From contig CAWETI010000002.1 in the NCBI GenBank assembly GCA_963812015.1, positions 1,613,213-1,677,212 of the forward strand: a stretch of DNA of 64,000 nt, written 5' to 3'. Position numbers and translations under genes: made by a program. The notes under the pieces were generated by a model. The model did no database searches. It saw nothing but the letters and a program-made list of their open reading frames with translations, and had not been told where the DNA came from. This document shows positions 8,729-19,469 of the stretch, in pieces. Source of the DNA: an uncultured delta proteobacterium. Its GTDB lineage: Bacteria > Desulfobacterota > Desulfobaccia > Desulfobaccales > 0-14-0-80-60-11. The first letter of the stretch is position 1; each line of letters starts with the position of its first letter.

Positions 8729-11033
8729 ATGCAGCAAAAAATTGGCAAAGAGGGAATTAAGGTTACCTTTATTCAAACCCTGCCAGGGATGGAGATCCAG
8801 GTGGCTCACCAGCTGGTACAGGCTTGCCGGGCCGCGGGGGTCAATCGTTATGCCTTTTTCAAGGCCCTTGGGGGATGTGACATTATTATGGTCTATCCCT
8901 CAAACTACTTCGGCTTTCAGCTCACTAAGTATGGAATTATCTCCGGCATTTTGAAATACAACACCTTTCTATGTTTTCCTTACCGCTGGACCGATTCCCC
9001 AGATAGGCCAACTGATGCCATAAAGTTTCTGAACCAATCTACATTCGCTGGCTTCAGCCTCTTGAAAATGAATTCTGAAGGGGAGACCAGTTTCCAAAAT
9101 ATTGAAGAACACTTCTTTTCTTTTTTAAATCGCAGACACCCGATAGATTCTCTTACCTTGGGTACCTTAGGGTGGAACGAACTCGTCCTTATATTAACCG
9201 AGGAAAGCCTGGGGCAGATCATAGAGGACCTCATCAGGTTGAGCTATGAGGCGTCTCTCAATCCTGAGACCTCTTATCCCTTGATCAAGACTTTTTCTTA
9301 CTTGGCCATTAACTATGATCAGCTTTTTGGACATGGATGGAGCGCCAAAATAGCTAAAATGGTAAGCCCCAAAGAATTCGAGGACTTTTTCAAAAAATCT
9401 CTAAAAGAGCAAAAGTTTGGCGAATTGATTCGTGAGGAATCAGAGGCCCACGCTATGCATCACCACCCCCCCCGGTCAGCCACACCAAACTATAAAGGAT
9501 TACTGGCGAAATAAAAAATTTCAGTGTTTAGATACCTTAGGGGAGCAAGATATCCAGGTTATCCCTCCTCAACGATATAGAAAGTCGTGGGGAGATTTTC
9601 TGTCCGATATTCTCATCTTTCGGTGGAAATTCCGCAATCTTATTCACTCGACCAGCACCATGTTGAACTATGAACTGGGTGATTACGCCAAACTTTCAGG
9701 AAAAACTGGACTGAAATCCGCTCTTGGCCACCGGTTGGACCTGGAAATTTTCTCCAGATCTGATTACCCATACGAGGACTTGGAAATATTTTTTGGGGAA
9801 AAGGCTGCCCCAATGCTGGCGGCCCAACTCTTCGCCCTTAATAGCATGAGTCAAAACCCAACGAGCGGTCAAGTATTTCGGGATATGCGCTACTACCCCA
9901 AGATAATTATGAATAGAGGATACAAGCGCTATAATAAATTCAATGCTCCGGATGAACTCATGGCCTTCAAATTTGCCGAGGCGTTAAGTCATGGGTTGGA
10001 ACTGCGATCTTATGGAACTTACGGCCATGTGGAAAAACCATATGGCCGGATTGCTAAGCTCAAGGGAGGGGTACAAAGGGCTCTCTTGGCAATGGAATAC
10101 CTGCCTTCCAGAATTTTAGATCGGGCCTGTCCCCAACCCTGGTTCGGTTTCATCAATGCCTATGAAGACCCAAAGTTTGCCCAAATACAAGAAGTTATTT
10201 ATGTCCCCCTCGAAGCTCTCTGGACACCCGAGAACTGGTGGGCGCTGTTTCATGAGGTCGCGCATATAATCGTTGACCGGAGTCCTAAACTATTATCTGA
10301 AACCGATCAGGTGATCCAGAATTTTCTGACTTATAAAGAGAATTACGGCGCTTGGATGAGGTTTTTTAATGAACTGGCGGCGGAGGTCATCGGTTTTGAG
10401 TTGGGGTTTTTCGGGGATTTGGATCTGTTCATTAAGACGCTCTGGCCATATTTGAAAAAAATTGAATTGACCCTTGGGGACTATTCAAGCCTGGAAGTCT
10501 ATTTGTTCCGCACCTTTTGTGTAGAAATCTGGCACAAATGTTTTGGGGCGGTAATGGAAAGACAGGGAAGCCCAAAGGTCACCATTGATAATTACCGCGA
10601 TGATGACTTTTTATATAAAAGTCTCATAAATCATATTAGAAAGGTGGAAGGCCTTATCGGCAAATTAGAAAAGAGAAATCTTGCCATTGCGAGTTTCATG
10701 GGTATTTTCAAAGAAATATTTCCGTTTATCAAAGACTTGTATAGCAAAATTAAAGATATAGAAGAAAACCAGCAGGTAAAAATATTTCACCAGAAAGCAT
10801 GGGTTGAAGATAATAATGTAAAAAATATTACCAATCATTTATTAGAAGGCAAGGTTTACTGGGGTAAGATCGAATATCCAGAAGCTGTTTTATACAATAT
10901 CTTAAAGCAAAAAATGAAAATAAGGTCTAAGGAAAAGAAATTTCCTTTTGTCATGGCCATTATCCTTACCTTTTGGAACGCTCAGTTAAAATGGTTAAAA
11001 ACTATGCCTCCCACTCACTTTAGAGCTCTCTAA
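8729..11033 (+). CDS. Large hypothetical protein, N-terminal Lrp/AsnC-like repeats plus HExxH motif; split by a frameshift near 9430-9450
   Basis: ORFs 8729-9514 and 9432-11033 overlap in different frames; repeated I..xPG...LGxxD/E motifs; ALFHEVAH..ELAAE. Confidence 0.6.
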
Positions 11034-11051
11034 GGACTTCTTTTCATTCCG

Positions 11052-12242
11052 ATGGAAGAAAAACCTCCCATACTAAAACTGATTCAACTCTTAATTGATT
11101 CTCCGGTTCAGGTTCTCCCTCCGGAACACCAGGCCAAGTTTTCTGGCAAATTGAGTTCATATGCGCATAAATCTTCAGAGGCAGAAAAACTTAGGCTCAT
11201 CACTGAAATGATGGAGTTGTTGTGGCGCGAAGGAAATAGTGCCCAACTTCTCAAATATTTTGCCAATTTTGAGCGTTTTCTACGAGCTGTTGGTAAGAGA
11301 GATCACTTCATTCATCAATTTGAGGTATATCTTTTAGGCTGGTTTATTATCCATGCCTTGGAAATTAGGGGATATCACATCGGGGAATTCACGTCCTTGA
11401 GTTCTGAGCTTTTCCTTCAAACCTGGCTGATGACCGCAATGGGGCACGATTTGGGCCTGCCGTTACAAGAAGAACCGGCAATCATAAAGGTTCTTAAGGA
11501 ACTCCACGAAAGTGTGGGGACCCGCACTATTGCGGGGAATTACGCTAAATTGGAAGCGAAACTTTCCCATATAGGAAGTAAGGGGAGGCAGATCCTGATG
11601 AAGGATCTCCTTAGTGGTGAAGGTTCTAAAATTGCTCATCAAATTAGAGCTGGAATTAAGATAACCACTGGTTTCAGCTTAACGCAAACAAGGGCCGTGT
11701 GGAACGCGCTGGTGAAATCTGGGAAAAACCATGGACTTATCAGCGCTATAATCCTGGGTCGAGACCTTTCCGGCTTTTTTGTCCCCGGCGGTGATTTCCA
11801 AGGGGCAGAAGCTGCTGATGATCCGGAGCTAAAACGTTTCCGGTTACTGCTCTCAGCTATTGCTCTTCACCATCTTAAAGAGGAAGGGGACTCTGAACAC
11901 GTGGTGAAAAATATAAGGTTCACCGCAAATCCTTTTGCTTATCTTCTTTATATTGCAGACAATCTTCAGGAGTGGGGCCGGGATATTGGGGGCTGGGCAA
12001 ATGTCCCCGAAACCACTTTGACTGATTTTGAATTCAATGATCCCAAATTAACTCTGACTTTCACGCTTTCTCACGATGACTGGGGAATAGGTGACGCTGA
12101 AAAGAATGTTTTGGCAGAAATTCGCAAGGCTGATCACCGTCTAAAATGGCCACAAAGACCCTACAAAGGCTTATCCATTGAGGCTATATATAATAGTAAT
12201 AGCAAGATAATCAATGCCGAGAAAATTACTGTGGAAATTTAG
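11052..12242 (+). CDS. HD-superfamily metal-dependent phosphohydrolase
   Basis: RDHFIH, GHDLG, NHGLISA, ALHH, IADNLQEWGR. Confidence 0.75.
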   Translation: MEEKPPILKLIQLLIDSPVQVLPPEHQAKFSGKLSSYAHKSSEAEKLRLITEMMELLWREGNSAQLLKYFANFERFLRAVGKRDHFIHQFEVYLLGWFIIHALEIRGYHIGEFTSLSSELFLQTWLMTAMGHDLGLPLQEEPAIIKVLKELHESVGTRTIAGNYAKLEAKLSHIGSKGRQILMKDLLSGEGSKIAHQIRAGIKITTGFSLTQTRAVWNALVKSGKNHGLISAIILGRDLSGFFVPGGDFQGAEAADDPELKRFRLLLSAIALHHLKEEGDSEHVVKNIRFTANPFAYLLYIADNLQEWGRDIGGWANVPETTLTDFEFNDPKLTLTFTLSHDDWGIGDAEKNVLAEIRKADHRLKWPQRPYKGLSIEAIYNSNSKIINAEKITVEI

Positions 12243-12445
12243 TTCCAGCCTGATTTTTAATTCCCCAAATAACCTTGCCGAGCTATCTTCACGCCGGGAA
12301 TTACCGCTCCTTTTGGCCATCGTAAGTTGGCTTTCCTGGTCCGGCAGGTATGGCCACTTCTCGTTGAATTTTCTCTCTAAGAGTTTCAAAGCCAGGACCC
12401 AATATCCTGGTATTATCTCCCCAAAACCCACATTTATACCTCACA

Positions 12446-12730
12446 GGTCGAAACGTGTACTTGCGGCAGAAAGCGTGTCACGCTTTTTTAGAGGCTATAC
12501 AAGGGTTGGGGCATGACCATAATCCGGCCGGGTTCAAGTGGCCCCACGGACGCGGTTACGATCTCCGGAACAAAGGGATTTTTCCTCTAAAATTTTTGCC
12601 ATGGGTCCCATAACAGGGGGGTTGCTTCTATTTTTCCGGGCCCGAAATTTTGAAAAATTCCCGTGCGAAGCATGCTGACCGGGGGGGCGTAGGAGTCCCA
12701 CCGCGGGTTTGCGTTCCTGGGCCGAAAATC
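12446..12730 (+). repeat. Non-coding block, diverged copy 1
   Basis: Shares ggtcgaa.cgt, cagaa(a)gc.tgt(a)cacgcttttag.ggc and G7(c)gtaggagtccca..gggttt..gttcc..gcc.aaaa with 52255-52728. Confidence 0.6.
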
Positions 12731-13021
12731 TTTTAGACTATCGGTGGCGCAGGTGGCGGGACCGTGGTGAGCGGGTGACCATTGGTGGACACCAGGGCGC
12801 CAGAGACAAGGCCGTCAGGCATGGGCCGGCCATGTGCTAGAACTTCCCATATCCAGACCATATCTGCAATTGTGAAGGCTTTGGGGATAAGTGCTCAGTT
12901 TGGCAAGTTATCCGCTACCCGAACTTGCATTCTCCCATGAGTTGACTGCTACTAAAAATTTTGTGATCAGAACTTTTTTGGCTCAGGTTGCAGGCCTGTC
13001 TCATAACCTCTGTAAATTTAT

Positions 13022-13038
13022 TTGCAACTCAGTTGTTT
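13022..13038 (+). promoter_or_regulatory. Candidate Zur/Fur-family operator
   Basis: ttGCAACtcaGTTGttt, imperfect TGCAAC-n3-GTTGCA palindrome just upstream of the Fur-family gene. Confidence 0.5.
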
Positions 13039-13050
13039 TTCGATTATTTT

Positions 13051-13488
13051 ATGGGCATGGGTGATCATTGCGATTTTTTCCAATGGCTGACACGGGAAGG
13101 GGTAAGGCCCACCACGATCCGCTTGACCATACTGGAGATCCTGGGCGACTCTTCCCGGGCCCTACGAGCCCAGGAGATCATTGAGGGCATCCGTTCCCGC
13201 CGCCGGGTCAACAAAGTGACGGTGTATCGCATTCTTGAGGACTTTACGCAGCGAGGCATGGTGCGCCGCCTCTCCCTGGAGGGCCGGGTGTCCCACTATG
13301 AGCTGGCCTGTGAGCACCGCCCGCCCCATCCCCATTTTCAGTGCCACACCTGTCGGGAGGTCCAATGCCTGGACCCGGTGTTCCTGACCCGCGTGTGGAC
13401 CGAACTTCAGGGGCCTGTGGGGAACCGGGCTGACCACATCGACATTCGAGTGGAGGGCCTCTGCCACAAGTGCCGGGAGGATAGCTGA
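13051..13488 (+). CDS. Fur-family transcriptional regulator (probable Zur)
   Basis: TVYRIL, HPHFQCHTC, GLCHKC; adjacent to a Zn ABC operon. Confidence 0.9.
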   Translation: MGMGDHCDFFQWLTREGVRPTTIRLTILEILGDSSRALRAQEIIEGIRSRRRVNKVTVYRILEDFTQRGMVRRLSLEGRVSHYELACEHRPPHPHFQCHTCREVQCLDPVFLTRVWTELQGPVGNRADHIDIRVEGLCHKCREDS

Positions 13489-13493
13489 AATGA

Positions 13494-13510
13494 AAGAAAC
13501 CCGGTTGCAC
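13494..13510 (+). promoter_or_regulatory. Candidate Zur/Fur-family operator
   Basis: aaGAAACccgGTTGCAc, second copy of the palindrome, upstream of the Zn ABC operon. Confidence 0.5.
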
Positions 13511-13564
13511 CTAAAATCCTGGCGGTGATCGATAGAGGTCAGATGTCGCTCCTTGCGGGAGTCC

Positions 13565-13756
13565 ATGCCGATGAACAACAATCCTAGTTCCCTTGATAAG
13601 AGTGAGCCTTTGGAAAAAAATCTGCCGGAATGCCCGAAGCTTGGGCAGATTCTTGCGTCTCCGCTCGGCTGGAGCATCAAAGGCCGCCTGATGTGCGCCG
13701 CGGCAGCCATCGCCCTGCTTTGGTTGTCGGTGGCCTGGGCCATCGGCTGGCTATGA
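13565..13756 (+). CDS. Small membrane protein preceding AztA-type ATPase
   Basis: RLMCAAAAIALLWLSVAWA TM segment; ATGA overlap with next gene. Confidence 0.6.
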   Translation: MPMNNNPSSLDKSEPLEKNLPECPKLGQILASPLGWSIKGRLMCAAAAIALLWLSVAWAIGWL

Positions 13757-14496
13757 TGGATGCTATTGTTCTGCACGACCTGACCCTGGGCTATGACGGG
13801 CATCCTGCCGTCCACCACCTCTCCGGCGTCTTTGAGGCGGGATCGATGACCGCGGTGGTGGGGCCGAACGGTTCGGGCAAGAGCACCTTGTTGAAAGGAC
13901 TTACCGGCATCCTACACCCGCTGGGCGGCCGTATCGAGCTGGGCAGCTTAAAGACTTCCCAGATCGCTTACCTGCCCCAGCAGGCGGAAATTGACCGGAG
14001 TTTCCCGATCACGGTTCTGGATACCGTGGCCCTGGGGCTCTGGCATGCCGTGGGCATGTTCGGCGGCATGAAGACCGAGCACTGGCAGCAAACCAGGCAA
14101 GCCCTGGCGTCGGTGGGTCTGGAAGGTTTTGAGCAGCGAACTATCGGCAATCTGTCGGCCGGACAGTTCCAACGGGTTCTGTTCGCCCGTCTGCTGCTCC
14201 AAGACTGTCCCGTCATTCTTCTCGATGAACCCTTCACCGCCATCGACACGCGGACCACGGCCGATCTCCTGGACGTGGTCCAGAACTGGCACGCCGAGAA
14301 CCGCACGATCATCGCGGTGCTTCATAACTTCGATCAAGTGCGGTCCCACTTCCCCAAAACCCTGATGATCGCCCGTGAACCCATCGGCTGGGGCGATACG
14401 GCTGAGGTTCTCACTTCCGAGAATTTACAGTGCGCCCGCCAGATGTCCGAGGCTTGGGACGAGTCGGCGGAGGTGTGCTTTAGAAGCGAGACATGA
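13753..14496 (+). CDS. Zn/Mn ABC transporter ATP-binding protein (ZnuC/AztA-like)
   Basis: GPNGSGKST, LSAGQFQR, LLDEPF. Confidence 0.92.
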   Translation: MMDAIVLHDLTLGYDGHPAVHHLSGVFEAGSMTAVVGPNGSGKSTLLKGLTGILHPLGGRIELGSLKTSQIAYLPQQAEIDRSFPITVLDTVALGLWHAVGMFGGMKTEHWQQTRQALASVGLEGFEQRTIGNLSAGQFQRVLFARLLLQDCPVILLDEPFTAIDTRTTADLLDVVQNWHAENRTIIAVLHNFDQVRSHFPKTLMIAREPIGWGDTAEVLTSENLQCARQMSEAWDESAEVCFRSET

Positions 14497-15368
14497 ATCA
14501 TCTCTTCGACATCTTCCTGGCCCCCTTCCTGGACTTCATCTTCATGCGTCACGCCCTGGTCGCCTGCATGGCGCTGGCCCTGGGATGCGGGCCCATCGGT
14601 GTGCTCCTGGTCCTCAGGCGCATGAGCCTGGTGGGCGACGCCCTTTCCCATGCGGTGTTGCCGGGGGCGGCAGTCGGCTTCCTGGTTGCCGGCCTATCCC
14701 TCTATGCCATGACGGTGGGAGGCATCGTGGCGGGGCTCGCAGTAGCCCTGCTGGCAGGCATGGTCACCCGCCTCACGATGCTGCGGGAGGATGCCAGCTT
14801 TGCGGCCTTGTACTTAATTTCGCTATCTTTGGGGGTCCTCATCGTCTCGCTGCGCGGCAGCAGCATCGATCTTATGCATGTGCTCTTTGGCACTATCCTG
14901 GCGGTGGATGATGCCGCCCTGATTCTGGTCGCCGCCATTACCACGGTGACGCTTGCGATCCTGGCGATTATCTACCGGCCTCTCATCGTCGAATGCTTCG
15001 ATCCCGGCTATCTGAGGTCCGTAGTGGGGCGGGGCACGGTCATGCACTTTACCTTCTTGGTCCTGGTAGTCCTCAACCTGGTGGCGGGGTTCCAGGCCCT
15101 GGGTACCCTGATGGCAGTAGGTCTGATGATGGTGCCGGCGGTATCCGCCCGCTTCTGGGCCAGACAGGTATGGTCCATGGCCATGGTGGCCGTGGTTATC
15201 GCACTGCTGTCCGGATATACCGGGCTGTTGCTTTCCTTCCACGCCAACCTCCCCTCCGGGCCTTCGATCATTCTCACCGCAGGCTTTTACTACATTTTCT
15301 CCGTCATCTTTGGCAGGCTTGGCAGCATCTACAACCGTCGCAGACCAGACCTCCATCTGGGGGGCTGA
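14493..15368 (+). CDS. Zn/Mn ABC transporter permease (ZnuB/AztB-like)
   Basis: RRMSLVGDALSHAVLPG; multiple TM helices. Confidence 0.92.
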   Translation: MNHLFDIFLAPFLDFIFMRHALVACMALALGCGPIGVLLVLRRMSLVGDALSHAVLPGAAVGFLVAGLSLYAMTVGGIVAGLAVALLAGMVTRLTMLREDASFAALYLISLSLGVLIVSLRGSSIDLMHVLFGTILAVDDAALILVAAITTVTLAILAIIYRPLIVECFDPGYLRSVVGRGTVMHFTFLVLVVLNLVAGFQALGTLMAVGLMMVPAVSARFWARQVWSMAMVAVVIALLSGYTGLLLSFHANLPSGPSIILTAGFYYIFSVIFGRLGSIYNRRRPDLHLGG

Positions 15369-15394
15369 ATTCTTGATTCAGGAGGACAAAGATT

Positions 15395-16327
15395 ATGCCG
15401 GTCATTGTCAGGGGTCTCATGTTCTTTTTGGCCCTCTGCCTGGCTGGAAGCGGTACCCAGGCAAGAGCCGAGAAAAAGGTCAAAGTAATCGCCAGTTTTA
15501 GCATTCTCGGCGATATGGTCAAAAATGTGGGCGGCGATCGGGTGGAGGTTACCGCCCTGGTGGGTCCCAACGGTGACGCCCATGTTTACGAGCCGACCCC
15601 TGCCGATGCCAAGGCCGTGAGCGCCGCCGACCTGGTTATCGTCAATGGGCTGGGTATGGAGGGCTGGATGGACCGACTCATCAAGACGTCCGGCTATAAG
15701 GGGCCCATCGTGGTGGCCACCAAAGGAATCAAACCTCGGGAAATGACCAAAGAAGAGGAAGCGGAACACGAGCATGGCGCCAAGCACGAGCATAAGATCG
15801 ACCCCCATGCCTGGCAAAATTTGAGCAACGGCCTGATCTATGTGGACACCATCGCCAAGGGGCTCAGTTCGGTGGATGCCGCAGGCACCCCCGTCTACCA
15901 GGCCAATGCCGCCGCCTATAAGACCAAGCTCGCCGAACTGGACAAGTGGGTGAAAATGGAGTTCGCCGCCATCCCTAAAGCCAAACGCCGCATGATCACT
16001 ACCCACGACGCCTTTGGCTATTTCGGCGCGGCCTATGGCATCACCATTCTCTCCCCCGTGGGCTTTAGCACCGAAAGTGAAGCCGCCGCCGGCGATATCG
16101 CCAAGCTCATCAAACAGATCCGTAAGGAAAAAATCACCGCGGTCTTCATCGAGAACGTCACCGACCCACGCCTCATGCAGCAAGTCGCCAAGGAAAGCGG
16201 CGTGACCTTAGGTGGGGAACTCTATTCGGACGCCTTGTCCAAGCCGGATGAAGCGGCCCCGACCTATATCGACATGTTCAAGAACAACGTCACCAAAATT
16301 GTGGCTGCCATGCGGATAGGCTTCTAA
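15395..16327 (+). CDS. Zn/Mn ABC transporter substrate-binding protein (ZnuA/AztC-like)
   Basis: DAHVYEP, His-rich loop, DPHAW, THDAF, YSDAL. Confidence 0.92.
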   Translation: MPVIVRGLMFFLALCLAGSGTQARAEKKVKVIASFSILGDMVKNVGGDRVEVTALVGPNGDAHVYEPTPADAKAVSAADLVIVNGLGMEGWMDRLIKTSGYKGPIVVATKGIKPREMTKEEEAEHEHGAKHEHKIDPHAWQNLSNGLIYVDTIAKGLSSVDAAGTPVYQANAAAYKTKLAELDKWVKMEFAAIPKAKRRMITTHDAFGYFGAAYGITILSPVGFSTESEAAAGDIAKLIKQIRKEKITAVFIENVTDPRLMQQVAKESGVTLGGELYSDALSKPDEAAPTYIDMFKNNVTKIVAAMRIGF

Positions 16328-16495
16328 AATAAACGCCCGCCAGGAGCGCTGCTGCTCAGCTGGCATCTTTACTTCTTCCTGACTGAATCAGCTTTTTTCC
16401 AAAACCATGATCGTTGGGGCAGTGTTGCGATTGCATCGGATTTTTTGAACCAACCCAATATGCTATAATTCCTCCATCAAGAATGAGGGCAGGCT

Positions 16496-17368
16496 ATGTG
16501 TATCTTTTGCGGGGGTCAATGCGGCGGCTTGGGAGAGTTTCTCATTTCCCTGGGTTTGCCGTTTCTAGCGTTATATTTTTCGAGAATCAAGAGGGCGCTG
16601 GCAAAAATAAAAAATAAAATTCTGCGAAGAGACCTTCCAGGGGCAGTGCTGGATGAGCCAATTACCTGTAAATGTTGTGGGGAGGCCCTACGGGACTGCA
16701 GGGGGATATCTGCTCAGTCACTTGATCGTGAAAACTTAGAGCAACTTGAACTGAAATTTCAAGACAATGAATCGGCAGAAATCTCAATGTCAATAGAAAC
16801 AAAAAAGCCTAATAATCAAATAAGATTAGAAACTGAAACGGGGCTAAAAGGCGTCAAAGGCTGGTTATTATTGCTGTGTCTAAATCTTACTATATTTATT
16901 CCTGCATCATATCTTTATCAATTTAATTGTATTCTCGATTTATATAATTCTACCAGGAATAAAATATTACTCTTAATGTTCAAGAAACTACTATTATTTA
17001 ATATAGCGACTGGCGCCACGATGCTATTTTTGGCTATATTTAGTTTCTATGTGGGCATGAAGCTTTGGAATATCAAATCAGGAGCAGTGAGGATCGGCAA
17101 AGCATTTCTAATCATTCAATTATTTTTAATATTTATCATTACCATCATCCGGCCGTTCATGACATTCTCCATAGAACCCAAAGGAACGATCTTTGGCGCT
17201 ATATTATTAAGTCTTATACCGTCATTATTTCAGTTTGGCTTATGGTACTTATATTTAAGCAAATCTAGCCGAGTTTACAATACCTATAGGGGGACCGAAG
17301 AAAAGAGATCAAGCATCATGCCGCCCCCGACAAAATTAGACAGTTATACAGAACTTAGCCAAGGATAA
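16496..17368 (+). CDS. Membrane protein, DUF2569-like C-terminus with Cys-rich N-terminus
   Basis: MCIFCGGQC, CKCC; GVKGWLLLL and WYLYLSKSSRVYNTY. Confidence 0.65.
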   Translation: MCIFCGGQCGGLGEFLISLGLPFLALYFSRIKRALAKIKNKILRRDLPGAVLDEPITCKCCGEALRDCRGISAQSLDRENLEQLELKFQDNESAEISMSIETKKPNNQIRLETETGLKGVKGWLLLLCLNLTIFIPASYLYQFNCILDLYNSTRNKILLLMFKKLLLFNIATGATMLFLAIFSFYVGMKLWNIKSGAVRIGKAFLIIQLFLIFIITIIRPFMTFSIEPKGTIFGAILLSLIPSLFQFGLWYLYLSKSSRVYNTYRGTEEKRSSIMPPPTKLDSYTELSQG

Positions 17369-17642
17369 AGCTGGCGCCGTGCTGCAGTAAGTTCCAAAGG
17401 CACCAATGATAAAGCCGCCCTGAGAATACCCAGGGGTTAGCAGGAGTTGCTATCCCCTTTAAATTTTTTATATCAGTCCTCAGAGGAGCCAAGGTACTGG
17501 GTGCCATGTGCATGTTCATGGCTGGGTCGGGGTGGGGCACAATCTGGTGCAAATAAGCACTGCTGAGCACTTTAGATGATAGAAAAACAACTCAACGGGA
17601 AAAAACTTCACCAGCGTCAAGTAGACGCACTCTAAGATCGCT

Positions 17643-18611
17643 ATGAATCAAGACGTACAACTTTTCACCTCCACAGCGACCGCGGTATTCTTGGAGGCCT
17701 CTCCCTTTTTACTTTTGGGAGCATTGCTTTCGTCTGTTTTTGAGGTTTATCTGCCGTCGGATCGCCTGGAGAAGTTTATGCCCAAGGGCCTTCTCTTAGG
17801 CCTGCTTTTCGGGCTGAGTGCCGGGATGTTGATCCCCACCTGCGAATGTGGCGTGGTTTCTATCGTGCGCCGGTTATTGAAAAAGGGCGTCCCACCACAT
17901 GTGGCGATGACCTATATGCTCTCGGCGCCGGTTATCAATCCGCTGACCATAGCTGCCACCTATATTGCTTTTCGTGGGAATATCTGGATGGTTCTGGGGA
18001 GAATCGGTATAGTTGCGGCCTGCGCCTCCTGTATAGGACTGGCCTTGGCCAGGATCAATCCAGTTCTGCTGCTGCGAGGGAGGGAAACCGAGCCGGACCT
18101 CTGTGATCATGGCCACACAATTTGTCGCCCTGCCGATGTGAACCATATGCCTCACGCCCGTCTTGATGTGGCCCAGGGGTGTAGCTGCGGTTGTGCCATC
18201 CCCAAAGGCTCCAGGCTGATACAGGTTTTCCAGCATACAGCTTCGGAGTTCTTAGATATGGGGACGTATCTCATTATAGGCGCTTTGGCGGTCGGTTTTT
18301 TCAGGGCCGTGCTCCACCAAGAGTGGCTGGCTTTTTTTCAAGACAACGTCTTCCTGGCCATTGGGATGATGATGTTACTGGCTTTTTTTCTGTCCATTTG
18401 CTCGCAAGCCGATGCCTTTGTGGCAGCATCCTTTGTCACTTTTCCCGTTGTGGCCCAGCTCTCCTTCGTAACGCTTGGGCCAATGGTTGACCTTAAACTC
18501 GTCGCCATGTATGGGGCGGTGTTCCGCAAGCGCATAGCGCTCACGCTCATCTTTGTGCCGATAATCCTTATTTATATTTTATCGCTCCTGCTGGGGATAG
18601 TGATCAGGTAA
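17643..18611 (+). CDS. DUF318 (YcgR-like) permease
   Basis: EASPFLLLG, PTCECG, SAPVINP, SICSQADAF, GPMVDLK. Confidence 0.9.
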   Translation: MNQDVQLFTSTATAVFLEASPFLLLGALLSSVFEVYLPSDRLEKFMPKGLLLGLLFGLSAGMLIPTCECGVVSIVRRLLKKGVPPHVAMTYMLSAPVINPLTIAATYIAFRGNIWMVLGRIGIVAACASCIGLALARINPVLLLRGRETEPDLCDHGHTICRPADVNHMPHARLDVAQGCSCGCAIPKGSRLIQVFQHTASEFLDMGTYLIIGALAVGFFRAVLHQEWLAFFQDNVFLAIGMMMLLAFFLSICSQADAFVAASFVTFPVVAQLSFVTLGPMVDLKLVAMYGAVFRKRIALTLIFVPIILIYILSLLLGIVIR

Positions 18612-19402
18612 TGATGGGACGAATCGGTGGAATTATAGAAGGACTCATTCTGCTGGCGATAGGTGTCTATGCCGGTCTGCTGGTTATTTACGGGGATTAT
18701 TGGCGGTTTCTGAATCCTAAATTTAAATGGCTGACCGGTTTGACCGCGGCCATGCTGATTCTTATAGGCACAATAGCCATCTTCAAGACCAACAAACGGG
18801 CAAGCTATTTCAGGATTTGCATTTTCCTTATCTTTCTGGGAATCATCTTTTGGGGGAATTCAGGAAGACCGGTAAGCCCAAAAACCCACTCAAAGGCTCT
18901 TTCGGAAAGCCCGGCTGACGCGGTGTCCCGAGGTGAAAGGCTTGCTGAAGAGAAATCTCGCCTGGCCATGAATGGCCTCGAGTACATAAAAATCAATCTT
19001 GGCGAACTTTACTCACTCTGCCAAGAACCCAAACCAGACAAGATAGATAAGCGCTATGTAGTCCGGGGGATCGTCAAACGCACTAAACCAACGGATCGTT
19101 TGGGGCACTTTGTGCTTCTCAGGAGCGCGGTAGTTTGCTGTCTGGCTGATTCGGTAGGGGTTGGGTTCAGGGTGAAGTATGATCGACTGAATGAACTTGA
19201 GGATGGGCAATGGGTGGAGGTCTATGGGACCCTGAAGAGCCTGTCGCAGAAGTTGCCAAAGCCTCGCCTGCGCATCAAAGAGATTCGTTTGGCTGTCTTG
19301 TGCGATTCTCATATTTTGGTCGCGGATAGAATTGTCAAAACCGAAGAGCCGGAAACTCCTTTCATGTTCGAGTTCAGTGATACCGAGCCATATAGATTCT
19401 GA
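18611..19402 (+). CDS. TIGR03943/DUF1980 (YcgQ-like) permease partner
   Basis: LLRSAVVCCLAD, DGQWVEVYGT; coupled to the DUF318 gene. Confidence 0.8.
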   Translation: MMGRIGGIIEGLILLAIGVYAGLLVIYGDYWRFLNPKFKWLTGLTAAMLILIGTIAIFKTNKRASYFRICIFLIFLGIIFWGNSGRPVSPKTHSKALSESPADAVSRGERLAEEKSRLAMNGLEYIKINLGELYSLCQEPKPDKIDKRYVVRGIVKRTKPTDRLGHFVLLRSAVVCCLADSVGVGFRVKYDRLNELEDGQWVEVYGTLKSLSQKLPKPRLRIKEIRLAVLCDSHILVADRIVKTEEPETPFMFEFSDTEPYRF

Positions 19403-19469
19403 GATTTATCGCACAACCATGTTTAAATATATTAACCGCTCCTTCGTCTCTTAACTTAAGGAAATTTTC

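Noticed and set aside
9430..9475. Programmed or phase-variable frameshift at the C8 run (9466-9473)
   Set aside because: The protein-like sequence (PTLCITTPPG) begins before the run, and nusA also carries an indel, so an error or mutation is more likely; cannot be resolved without reads
12171..12516. Short ORFs on both strands after the HD gene
   Set aside because: No RBS or motif support; they overlap the non-coding repeat block
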